Positions 7,087 to 15,444 of a DNA stretch of 32,000 bases are shown in pieces (the first letter of the stretch is position 1; every line of letters starts with the position of its first letter). Source of the DNA: Candidatus Kuenenia stuttgartensis (GTDB lineage: Bacteria > Planctomycetota > Brocadiia > Brocadiales > Brocadiaceae); NCBI RefSeq assembly GCF_900232105.1, contig NZ_LT934425.1, positions 3,900,001-3,932,000 of the forward strand. The letters are read 5' to 3'. Made by a program: the position numbers and the translations under genes. Under the pieces are notes generated by a model. That model saw nothing but the letters and a program-made list of their open reading frames with translations, was not told where the DNA came from and ran no database searches.

Positions 7087-8196
7087 ATGATTCAAGAGAT
7101 TACATTAGAACATCTGGACGAGTTGGAAGAACTTGAAAATAAGAGTTTTGCCACAGATAGACTGTCGCGCAGGAATTTCCGGTATCTTCTGACAAAAGCA
7201 AATGCAATAACCCTTGCGGAGATAGTCGATAATGCCATTCGGGGCTACTCTATCATACTCTACAATACCGGTACATCATTAGCCAGGCTCTATTCGTTTG
7301 CAGTTGACCCTGATTTTAGAAATCAGGGCATTGGCAAACAACTTCTCGAGGCTTCAGAAAAAGCCGCAATTGATTACGATTGTATTTCCATGAGGCTTGA
7401 AGTGAGAGAAGACAATTATAACGCAATACAGTTTTACAAAAAAAACGGATATAAGCAAATAGGGGTTATTGACGATTATTATGAGGATCATATGGACGCT
7501 ATTCGCTTTGAAAAGCTTTTAGCGCCACATCTTAAGCTGGAAATGGTACATGTTCCTTATTACAGGCAGACATTAGATTTTACTTGCGGCCCTTCAGTAT
7601 TGATGATGGCAATGAAGGCGCTGGACACCTCTGTAGAGATAAACCGTCAAATGGAATTAAGGATTTGGCGTGAATCTACTACCATTTTTATGACGTCTGG
7701 GTATGGTGGTTGCGGGCCTTACGGCCTTGCACTAGCTGCCTTTCGAAGAGGTTTTGACGTTGAAGTGTATGTAAATGAAAGCAGTGCGTTTTTTATTGAT
7801 TCGGTAAGAAGCCCGTATAAAAAAGAGGTGATACAACTTGTTCAGGAAGATCTTCTTGAAGAACTTAGTCAATTACCTATCGAATTAAAATATAAAACAT
7901 TAAGCGTATCTGAAATTCAGGAAAAGTTTGATAAGGGTGGTATTCCTATTGTCCTGATAAGCTCTTATCGAATTTACCGTGAAAAATTTCCTCACTGGGT
8001 GGTAGTTACCGGCTTTGATGAAAAATATATTTATGTGCATGACCCATTTGTAGATGTAGAGGTTTATAAAACAGAAACAGACTGTATTAACATGCCCATT
8101 TTGAAAAAGGATTTTGAACGGATGGCAAAATATGGAAAATCAGGGCAAAAATCAGTAATCATTGTAAAAAAGAAGAAGGCAAACATCCTATCTTAA
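7087..8196 (+). CDS. GNAT N-acetyltransferase fused to a C39-like (papain-fold) cysteine peptidase domain
   Basis: 369 aa. The N-terminal GNAT acetyl-CoA motif is ARLYSFAVDPDFRNQGIGKQLL...IQFYKKNGYKQIG. The C-terminal half has a candidate catalytic Cys (LDFTCGPSVLMMAM) and His (FPHWVVVTGFDEKYIYVHDP). Confidence 0.8.
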   Translation: MIQEITLEHLDELEELENKSFATDRLSRRNFRYLLTKANAITLAEIVDNAIRGYSIILYNTGTSLARLYSFAVDPDFRNQGIGKQLLEASEKAAIDYDCISMRLEVREDNYNAIQFYKKNGYKQIGVIDDYYEDHMDAIRFEKLLAPHLKLEMVHVPYYRQTLDFTCGPSVLMMAMKALDTSVEINRQMELRIWRESTTIFMTSGYGGCGPYGLALAAFRRGFDVEVYVNESSAFFIDSVRSPYKKEVIQLVQEDLLEELSQLPIELKYKTLSVSEIQEKFDKGGIPIVLISSYRIYREKFPHWVVVTGFDEKYIYVHDPFVDVEVYKTETDCINMPILKKDFERMAKYGKSGQKSVIIVKKKKANILS

Positions 8197-8275
8197 TGGG
8201 AATATTCAGGAGACATGCCGTGAAACTATTATATTACCTTATTTTGGAATACTTATTACATTTCGATAAAAAATA

Positions 8276-9778
8276 ATGGCAACTCATATTGTGTTAGTGG
8301 AAAATTATAAGGATTGGAATCCTCATTATTCTGATGCATTAGTAGTGACTGCAAAAGATTATGTAGCACACCAGGAATATTTGAAAATAAAAGATATAAA
8401 AATTGTTAATTTATGCCGTAGCTACCGGTACCTGAGTCTAGGGTATTATTGTTCGCTTCTTGCGGAAGCACGACGGCACAAAGTGATCCCCTCCGTAAAA
8501 ACGATCAATGATCTGAGCAGTAAGTCAATTTATAGCCTCAACGTAGAAGACCTCGACGTATCCGTTCAAAAAAGCTTAAAGAAGAGAACGAAACACCTGG
8601 CGGAAACGGCGACGTCATTTGATTACATGATATATTTCGGGCAATGCGAAGAGAATGATTTGCAGGAACTCGCACGGCAATTATTCGACATGTTTCGCTG
8701 TCCGATCCTCAAAGTAGAGTTTCGTTTTCAGGGCAAGTGGAATATTTTTGCGATAAAACCTTCATACGTGCATAATCTTATCCAAGGGCAGGAAGCTATT
8801 TTTTTTCAGGCATTCAATGACTATTTAACAAAACGCTGGCAAACGCCTAAAGTAAAAAACAAAGAAAAGTATGACCTTGCAATTTTATATAATCCGACGG
8901 AACAATTACCTCCTTCCAACCAACGGTCTCTCCAAAAATTCATCAAGATTGGGAAAAAACTCGACGTTAACGTTGATTTAATTGAAAAAAAAGACTATTC
9001 AAAACTCGCGGAATATGATGCCCTGTTTATTCGTGAGACAACAAGGATTAATCATCATACGTTCCGATTTGCGAAAAAAGCGGAAAATGAAGGCATGGTC
9101 GTCATAGATGATCCCGATTCAATTGTGAAATGTACCAATAAGGTATATCTCTTTGAAATACTTTCCGCCAATAAAGTACCTGTCCCTAAAACGATATTGT
9201 TGCAGAAAAAAGATATTAATAGAATAATAAAAGCGCTCGAATTAAAGTTTTCTTATCCGATTGTTTTGAAAATACCTGATAGTTCATTTTCAAGGGGAGT
9301 AATAAAAGCAGATAACCTTGACGAATTAAAAGAAATAACAAGCCGCCTGTTTGAAGAATCCGATTTGATTCTGGCACAGGAATTTTTATATACCCCATTT
9401 GACTGGCGTATAGGCATTTTAAATCGTGTCCCGATATATGCCTGCCAGTATTTCATGTCGAAAAAGCACTGGCAAATCATACAACATGGCCCTGATGGCC
9501 GTTTTACCGGGGGAGACTTTAAAACATTTCATGTTGAAGACGTTCCGCAGGATGTTATTTACATTGCCGTAAAAGCTGCAAATCTCATCGGCAACGGATT
9601 GTATGGAGTGGATTTAAAGAAGACCGACAAGGGAGTGCTGGTGATGGAGATAAATGATAATCCTACCATTGACGTAGGTGTAGAAGATGGCTGTTTAGGC
9701 GATAAATTGTATCGGATTATTATTGAAGAATTCATTAGAAGACTGAGCATGAAAAACGGCGAAAAGCATGAAAAATAG
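8276..9778 (+). CDS. RimK-family ATP-grasp ligase with an extra ~200-aa N-terminal domain
   Basis: 500 aa. The C-terminal ATP-grasp region reads FAKKAENEGMVVIDDPDSI...KVPVPKTILL...YPIVLKIPDSSFSRGVIKA...LAQEFLYTPFDWRIGILN...YGVDLKKTDKGVLVMEINDNPTI. It lies 79 nt downstream of the GNAT/C39 gene. Confidence 0.8.
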   Translation: MATHIVLVENYKDWNPHYSDALVVTAKDYVAHQEYLKIKDIKIVNLCRSYRYLSLGYYCSLLAEARRHKVIPSVKTINDLSSKSIYSLNVEDLDVSVQKSLKKRTKHLAETATSFDYMIYFGQCEENDLQELARQLFDMFRCPILKVEFRFQGKWNIFAIKPSYVHNLIQGQEAIFFQAFNDYLTKRWQTPKVKNKEKYDLAILYNPTEQLPPSNQRSLQKFIKIGKKLDVNVDLIEKKDYSKLAEYDALFIRETTRINHHTFRFAKKAENEGMVVIDDPDSIVKCTNKVYLFEILSANKVPVPKTILLQKKDINRIIKALELKFSYPIVLKIPDSSFSRGVIKADNLDELKEITSRLFEESDLILAQEFLYTPFDWRIGILNRVPIYACQYFMSKKHWQIIQHGPDGRFTGGDFKTFHVEDVPQDVIYIAVKAANLIGNGLYGVDLKKTDKGVLVMEINDNPTIDVGVEDGCLGDKLYRIIIEEFIRRLSMKNGEKHEK

Positions 9779-9839
9779 GTATGCAAGCATAGTGGTGGGT
9801 GCAAGCAATAGGGCATAGGGCACTGCCCACAGATTTGAA

Positions 9840-10490
9840 CTAGGGAAGGGGGGGGTATTTGGATAAAATTAAATATTCAAATCCACCGGGGCCACAAACT
9901 TTAGTGAGTTGATCAATGATATACTTCTGTCGGGTAGCATTTTCATTGGGACCTGAAATGTAAAAAGGTTTTCCATTTTGTCCAAATTCAATTTCTTCCG
10001 AACAGGTATTTGGGTCAACATCACCAAAAATCATACACGCCTTAATATATGCAGGATGAGGATTAAAGCCCAAATCTCTCGCATAGGAAACAGCACTTTC
10101 TACTAATTTTCTCACATAGGAAGGGTCTTTTTTCACAAACAATGATGCCTGGTAGCTGTCATGACCCTTAAGTTTGGCGTTATATTCAGTTTCCGGGGCG
10201 ACAATATACATTGCGTTTTTTACTCCTAAGCAATATACATCAACTAAAAAAGCACTAGCGGCGATATTGCCGTTTGGCAGAACCCTGCTAAATAATATAT
10301 TCGTGATACCCCTGTCTAAGGTCTCCTGCATCAGACACTCATACATAGGATATTTTGCAATCTTTTCCGCGTCGATTTTATTAAATAATACTTCTTTTTT
10401 TAATTTTGTTGTTTTTTTTGCAAGTATCAATTTTCTTTTCGCCTTCTTTTTTTCAACTTTCTTTTGCTGTTTTTTGTCTCTTTTGTGCAT
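9840..10490 (-). CDS. Conserved hypothetical protein with an extremely Lys/Arg-rich N-terminus
   Basis: 216 aa. The start is MHKRDKKQQKKVEKKKAKRKLILAKKTTKLKKE. A globular part follows (NGNIAASAFLVDVYCLGVKNA...ARDLGFNPHPAY...GKPFYISGP). I recall similar uncharacterised proteins but cannot name a family. Confidence 0.55.
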   Translation of the reverse strand: MHKRDKKQQKKVEKKKAKRKLILAKKTTKLKKEVLFNKIDAEKIAKYPMYECLMQETLDRGITNILFSRVLPNGNIAASAFLVDVYCLGVKNAMYIVAPETEYNAKLKGHDSYQASLFVKKDPSYVRKLVESAVSYARDLGFNPHPAYIKACMIFGDVDPNTCSEEIEFGQNGKPFYISGPNENATRQKYIIDQLTKVCGPGGFEYLILSKYPPLP

Positions 10491-10550
10491 GTTAGTTCCT
10501 TAATTAATATACTATATATAGCGTTTCATTAAAATATCTACATTGATACC

Positions 10551-10630
10551 GTCATTGCGAGCGATAGCGAAGCAATCTTAAGTCTTTTGGGAACAAGAGA
10601 TTGCTTCGTCGCTCCACTCCTCGCAATGAC
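10551..10630. repeat. 80-nt imperfect palindromic element (GTCATTGCGAGCGA...GCGAAGCAATCT / AGATTGCTTCG...TCGCAATGAC)
   Basis: The outer 10-bp arms 10551-10560 and 10621-10630 are perfect. The inner 11-bp arms are 10568-10578 and 10598-10608. ATTTTTTT follows the element. This kind of sequence is a common REP/MITE-like intergenic palindrome in environmental bacterial genomes (from memory). Confidence 0.75.
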
Positions 10631-10709
10631 ATTTTTTTACGCACACATTTTAACGAAACAAGGGACAATTAAATATTTTGTTAATACTTTATAAGCATCT
10701 TGAGTCTAA

Positions 10710-11627
10710 TTATTTTATTCTTCTTCTCGCAAGTTCGCTTTCGTATTGTTTTCCCAGTATTGATGCATTTTCCCTCGCCCATTCGGTTAATTTTGTATTG
10801 CCCGCCGGAGGTGCATCAACGTAAAGCAAGTCATCCATAAGCCCTTCTATTTCATCTTTTGTTATCAAAACATCATGGACAAATTTCCCGATAATTAGTG
10901 CAAGGCAATATCCAATGAAGGGAGAAACTGAAATAAAAAGTCTCTTTTTACCAATGATGTCGCCAATTTCCGTAACCAAATCACGATAAGAAAATGTTTC
11001 AGGTCCGATGGCATTAATAATGGTATTTTCGCTCTTTTCACCTTGCTCCACCGCCAATATGGCAAAATCATTTACGTAAATTGGTTGTAAACGATAATTG
11101 CCCTCGCCGAATATACTAAAAAAGGGAAATTTTCGCAACGCCCACGCAATGTTGTTGATCAAAATGCCTTCCTTTCCGAACAAGACAGCCGGACGTAAAA
11201 TAGCATACGAAATACCGGATTCTATAAGGTTTTTTTCGATTATTGCCTTATCCCTGAAATACTCATACGGTGAACTTTCGGAAGGGTTCGTTATACTCGT
11301 GTGTACTATTCTTTTTACTCCGGCTTTTTTAGCCGTTTCGAACAGGGCAAAAGTATTTTGTATCGCAGTGGAGTAACCAAAAGTCTTGTAATTAAAACGA
11401 ACCCAATAGGTGTTGTAGAGCACTGAAACACCACTTAATGATTCCGCAAGTTTCTCTGGCTTGTCAAAATTAAAAGGATACGCCTTTACACTTTCACCAA
11501 AAGGGTTAGGGCGATGCAAGGAATTGGTGAGGGTAATGACATTACGCCCGCGGTCTAATAAGTTTCTTGCAATATATCTTCCGGAAAATCCGAATGCTCC
11601 GGTGACGGCATGTAATTCAGTACTCAT
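10710..11627 (-). CDS. NAD(P)-binding SDR / NmrA-like epimerase-dehydratase family protein
   Basis: 305 aa. The N-terminal Rossmann motif is VTGAFGFSGRYIARNLL, and the length and pattern are typical of atypical SDRs. Confidence 0.7.
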   Translation of the reverse strand: MSTELHAVTGAFGFSGRYIARNLLDRGRNVITLTNSLHRPNPFGESVKAYPFNFDKPEKLAESLSGVSVLYNTYWVRFNYKTFGYSTAIQNTFALFETAKKAGVKRIVHTSITNPSESSPYEYFRDKAIIEKNLIESGISYAILRPAVLFGKEGILINNIAWALRKFPFFSIFGEGNYRLQPIYVNDFAILAVEQGEKSENTIINAIGPETFSYRDLVTEIGDIIGKKRLFISVSPFIGYCLALIIGKFVHDVLITKDEIEGLMDDLLYVDAPPAGNTKLTEWARENASILGKQYESELARRRIK

Positions 11628-11678
11628 ACTGATTTGTTTAATATAGGGGTTATTGATAGGATAATGGCGGTTTTGTAC

Positions 11679-12830
11679 TTAATGAATCGTTTCATTTGCA
11701 ATGTCATTCAATGCAGAGATTAATATATCTATTTCTTCTTCCGTGTTAAAAAAACCAGGACTAATTCTTATTGTGCCATCGGGATACGTACCCATTTGCT
11801 GATGAACAAAAGGTGCGCAATGTAGTCCGGGTCGTACTGCAATAGTAAATGATTGATCTAATATTGCCCCTGCTTCTGCTGCAGTATATCCTTTTATGTT
11901 TATTGAAAGTATTCCTACTTTCCTTGATACATCTTTCGTCCCATATAAAATAAATCGTTCATCATTTTGAAGGGCATTGATTATTTTTTGAATTAATTTC
12001 CGTTCATGCGCCCTAATCGTGTGTGTACCCTTTGATACGACATATTCAATTCCAGCTTTCAGGCCAACGATACCAACGGTATTTGGGGTGCCGCTTTCCA
12101 GCCGGAACGGCATTTCTTCCGGTTGTGTTAATGATGCGGGTTCAAATCCAGTGCCTCCCTCTCTCCATGGACGAAGCTTAATACGTTCATGGATATAAAG
12201 ACCGCCTGTTCCCGTTGGGCCAAAGGGCGCTTTATGTCCCGTAAACGCAAGCATATCAATATTGCATTCATTAACATCAATTTCACATACTCCGGTAGTT
12301 TGCGCTGCATCTACCATAAACACAATATCCCGTTCTTTTGCAATCAAACCAATTTCTTTTATCGGTTGAATTGTGCCAAGAACGTTTGTTGCATGGGTGA
12401 GAACGATTAAGCGGGTTTTGGGAGTAATGGCATTTTTTACGTCGTCAGGATTAATAAAACCATCAGAGGAATTTTTCACCTTTGTTACGGTTATTTTATT
12501 ATCTTGTGCTAATCCGTTTAATGCGCGGGATACAGCGTTATGTTCAAGATAAGAAGTAATTGCATGATCGCCTGTTTTGAGTAACCCTTTTATGCCCATA
12601 TTTATCGCATCAGTTGCATTGAAGGTAAATACAAACCTGTTTGGGTCCTTTATGGCAAGAAAATCCGCAATTATCTTTCTTGTATTCTCAATTTCACGTT
12701 CTACGGTGACTGCCATCCTGTGGCCGGAACGTCCGGGGTTAGCCCCCATTGTCCTGTAAAAGGTATCCATTGACGTATATACAATTTCTGGTTTCGGATA
12801 ACTTGTTGCTGCATTATCTAAATAGATCAT
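11679..12830 (-). CDS. Class-V aminotransferase-fold PLP enzyme, cysteine desulfurase family
   Basis: 383 aa. MIYLDNAATSYPKP at the start, FTGHKAPFGPTGTGGLY (PLP lysine) and RPGLHCAP near the C-terminus are typical of NifS/CsdA-like desulfurases. Confidence 0.8.
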   Translation of the reverse strand: MIYLDNAATSYPKPEIVYTSMDTFYRTMGANPGRSGHRMAVTVEREIENTRKIIADFLAIKDPNRFVFTFNATDAINMGIKGLLKTGDHAITSYLEHNAVSRALNGLAQDNKITVTKVKNSSDGFINPDDVKNAITPKTRLIVLTHATNVLGTIQPIKEIGLIAKERDIVFMVDAAQTTGVCEIDVNECNIDMLAFTGHKAPFGPTGTGGLYIHERIKLRPWREGGTGFEPASLTQPEEMPFRLESGTPNTVGIVGLKAGIEYVVSKGTHTIRAHERKLIQKIINALQNDERFILYGTKDVSRKVGILSINIKGYTAAEAGAILDQSFTIAVRPGLHCAPFVHQQMGTYPDGTIRISPGFFNTEEEIDILISALNDIANETIH

Positions 12831-12880
12831 AATTAAATAGGTCCCCTAAGCTGGCGTAGCCAGAACCAAACAAGCATGAA

Positions 12881-12927
12881 ATAAAAAATACGAGATTCGA
12901 AGTACTAAATACGAAACAAATCCGAAT
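12881..12927 (+). repeat. Intergenic 'TACGAAA' repeat-family copy
   Basis: ATAAAAAATACGAGATTCGAAGTACTAAATACGAAACAAATCCGAAT shares ATAAAAAATACGA and AAATACGAAA with 16345-16374. Confidence 0.6.
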
Positions 12928-12967
12928 AACAAAGCATCAAATCCAAAATATACAATAATAATCGGTT

Positions 12968-13993
12968 TTACATCCCGATGTATTTTGCATAAATACCTTT
13001 TGCCGTTATTACATCATTTGTTCCGGCTATAATTGTCCTGCCGTCAGGGAAGGCCGTTAATTCATAATTATTTACCTTCAACCGTAGCAGATATTTATTA
13101 AAAGATACGTTTCCTGCTGTACTCAAACGCGAGGCAAGCGTTGACAAATCAATCGTTGAACCGTTTGCCGGTGCGATTTGCACTGCATTTCGTCCGCATA
13201 AAGAAGTGGTTGAAGAGTATTTTTCATTCCTTAAATATTCATATTGTTTGTTTTTACAGGCCTTACAATCATTTATTTCTCTGAGGTTGTTTATATTAAG
13301 CCTTGTTATCTCATTCTTCCACAAATCAAATTTGAGAAGCTGCCTGTTAATAGACGCGCCATTGCCAGTCAGGATTTTTAAAGCCTCGGCAACCTGAATC
13401 GAGGCGATCAAACTTGCGGCAGGCGATAGTATCCCTGCGGTATCACATGTTTCAGTATTGCCGAAAGGGGGAATGTCCTGCATGACACAGCGTAAACAGG
13501 GGGTTTCTCCGGGAACGATTGTCATCGTTAATCCCGTGCTGCCAATACATGCACCATAAATCCATGGAATGTCATTTTTCACACAATAATCGTTAATGAG
13601 AAACCGGGTTTCAAAATTATCGGTGCCGTCAATGATTATATTTGCATTGTGTAAGTTTGTATCGATATTGGAGGGATTAATATCCGTGACGGCTGCTTCT
13701 ATTATTATGCCGGAGTTGATTTTTTGTAGTTTTTTTTGGGCGGCTATTGCTTTGGGTAGATTATTCCAGAGGTCTTCTTCATCAAATAATGTCTGGCGCT
13801 GCAAGTTGCTTTCTTCAATAAAATCCCGGTCGATTATTTTTACACGATTCACACCGCTGCGTACCAGGAGATTTGCAGAAGTGCAGCCCAATGCGCCGCA
13901 GCCAATAATGACGACTGTCGTATGGGCGAGTTTTCTTTGTCCTTCTTTTCCTATGGCAGAGAATAATTCCTGCCGGACATAACGGTCAGACAT
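12968..13993 (-). CDS. ThiF/MoeB-family E1-like adenylyltransferase with a C-terminal extension
   Basis: 341 aa. RYVRQELFSAIGKEGQRKLAHTTVVIIGCGALGC (nucleotide loop), DRDFIEESNLQRQ and two CxxC pairs (PCLRC, CKAC) are typical of ThiF/MoeB. The overall layout resembles long Firmicute-type ThiF proteins (from memory). Confidence 0.8.
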   Translation of the reverse strand: MSDRYVRQELFSAIGKEGQRKLAHTTVVIIGCGALGCTSANLLVRSGVNRVKIIDRDFIEESNLQRQTLFDEEDLWNNLPKAIAAQKKLQKINSGIIIEAAVTDINPSNIDTNLHNANIIIDGTDNFETRFLINDYCVKNDIPWIYGACIGSTGLTMTIVPGETPCLRCVMQDIPPFGNTETCDTAGILSPAASLIASIQVAEALKILTGNGASINRQLLKFDLWKNEITRLNINNLREINDCKACKNKQYEYLRNEKYSSTTSLCGRNAVQIAPANGSTIDLSTLASRLSTAGNVSFNKYLLRLKVNNYELTAFPDGRTIIAGTNDVITAKGIYAKYIGM

Positions 13994-13994
13994 G

Positions 13995-14672
13995 TTAACT
14001 GTTATTTTTTAGAATACTTAAACACGATTTGTCACCGGATGCAATTGCCTTTTCTCTTTTATATGTTGAGCTGGGATTCAGTCCCTCGCAAAAACCGGAA
14101 ATCCATGCATTAACAATATCGCACATCGTTAAAAAATCTGCGCCTGCATTTTTCCAGTATTTTTCATGCACACATTCCTCATGATCCCATGTGGTGCATT
14201 TCTCTGAATCTTCCACAACCTGAGCGCCTCTGTCGCAAGGCATCCCATCGCACAGGTAATCACCCAGTAATTCAAATGCCTTTGATGTACTTTTGCACTC
14301 GTTCGCAGATAACCCTTTACGGTTTACGGCCTCCTTACCACATTGAATGCCATGAGCATGCGCTGCTTCGGAGGCATTTTTCCCTGCAGCATCATATTTT
14401 GCACAAAAGGCAGCTATAATAGCTGCCTCCCGTGTTTCTCCCTCGATAATAATGCTTTGAATCCCCTGATGAATGGACTTGTTTGCCAGTAATTCTTCTA
14501 ACGATTTAGTGCTGTCTGTTTGAGGGTATTTTTTATATACCTCTCCGAGCAATGCTTCTGCGTCAGCACCGTATCTTGCTTTGAATGCAGAGACAATATT
14601 ATTTTCGCGTGCTTCAGAAGTCTTTATTTTTCCAAACATCCAATAGTGGATAGGTCCCAGGACCATGCTCAT
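13995..14672 (-). CDS. Cys-rich protein whose C-terminal half resembles the L-2-amino-thiazoline-4-carboxylic acid hydrolase (ATC_hydrolase, PF14196) family
   Basis: 225 aa. The C-terminal pattern CDGMPCD...HEECVHEKYWKNAG...MCDIVNAWISGFCEGLNPSSTYKREKAIASGDKSC resembles the family's ...GFNP....R.K....GD..C ending as I remember it. The stop lies 1 nt from the ThiF ATG. Confidence 0.45.
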   Translation of the reverse strand: MSMVLGPIHYWMFGKIKTSEARENNIVSAFKARYGADAEALLGEVYKKYPQTDSTKSLEELLANKSIHQGIQSIIIEGETREAAIIAAFCAKYDAAGKNASEAAHAHGIQCGKEAVNRKGLSANECKSTSKAFELLGDYLCDGMPCDRGAQVVEDSEKCTTWDHEECVHEKYWKNAGADFLTMCDIVNAWISGFCEGLNPSSTYKREKAIASGDKSCLSILKNNS

Positions 14673-14731
14673 AATAGCGCTCCTTTTATTTATCAGTCTC
14701 TTCTGTATTGCGTTGCCTAATAGATAGTAAC

Positions 14732-14950
14732 TTACGCCAGTTCTACGGATTCAATCTCAGGGATAATTTCCTTAAGTCTGGCTTCAACTCCATATTTCAA
14801 TGTGGCAAGAGAGCTGGGGCATGAACCACATGCGCCTTTTAAACGCACTTTAACAATACCATCTTCATAATCAACAAGCTCAATATCTCCGCCGTCTGCT
14901 TGTAATGCCGGCCTAATGCCCTTAAGAGCCTCTTCTATTTTTTCCTTCAT
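14732..14950 (-). CDS. NifU-like (Nfu C-terminal domain) Fe-S cluster protein
   Basis: 72 aa. IRPALQADGGDIELVDYEDGIVKVRLKGACGSCPSS is the canonical Nfu/NifU C-terminal CxxC domain. Confidence 0.85.
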   Translation of the reverse strand: MKEKIEEALKGIRPALQADGGDIELVDYEDGIVKVRLKGACGSCPSSLATLKYGVEARLKEIIPEIESVELA

Positions 14951-14968
14951 TATTCTTCCTCCTTAAAA

Positions 14969-15193
14969 TTATGATTTATGTTTTTCGATAATTTCATTTA
15001 ATTCCTTTATGATAACTTCCGGATCTACATTATGCATCGTTGCGCCAAATGCAATGTCTTCTGTTTTAGAACCGGGGCAGGTATAGCAGCCTGCGCCAAA
15101 ATACTTTTTTACAACGGATTCTGTTTCGGGGTAATTTTGGATTACATCGCCTATGGAAGTCTTCTTTGTTATCTTAGGTTTTGTTTCCGGCAT
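14969..15193 (-). CDS. DUF1858 / hybrid-cluster-protein-associated redox disulfide domain protein
   Basis: MPETKPKITKKTSIGDVIQNYPETESVVKKYFGAGCYTCPGSKTEDIAFGATMHNVDPEVIIKELN matches this family. I prefer the ATG at 15191-15193 (AAGAAAGG upstream) over the track's start at 15250. Confidence 0.7.
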   Translation of the reverse strand: MPETKPKITKKTSIGDVIQNYPETESVVKKYFGAGCYTCPGSKTEDIAFGATMHNVDPEVIIKELNEIIEKHKS

Positions 15194-15335
15194 AGATAAA
15201 ACCTTTCTTAAATAATACGTTTTAAAAGTAAAAGCTCTTACTGAGTACAACCACTTAAAAAAGCTTATTCAAAGCAGAAAGCATAGATGCGGGTTGTGAT
15301 TCCATCCAAAAAATGATTACGGTTTTCAGGTTATC

Positions 15336-15355
15336 TGACAAATAAATATTTGTCA
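15336..15355. promoter_or_regulatory. 20-bp palindrome TGACAAATAAATATTTGTCA in a divergent promoter region (candidate operator)
   Basis: The 9-bp arms TGACAAATA / TATTTGTCA are perfect. It lies between the minus-strand DUF1858/NifU genes (start 15193) and the plus-strand ccsA-like/hemA genes (start 15445). Confidence 0.45.
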
Positions 15356-15444
15356 ATTAAAAAAAACCAATATATTTCCTACTATCGCTGATGATTGAAA
15401 ATAATGGTTGATTAATAGAGGGTTATTTTTTAAATTAACCTATT

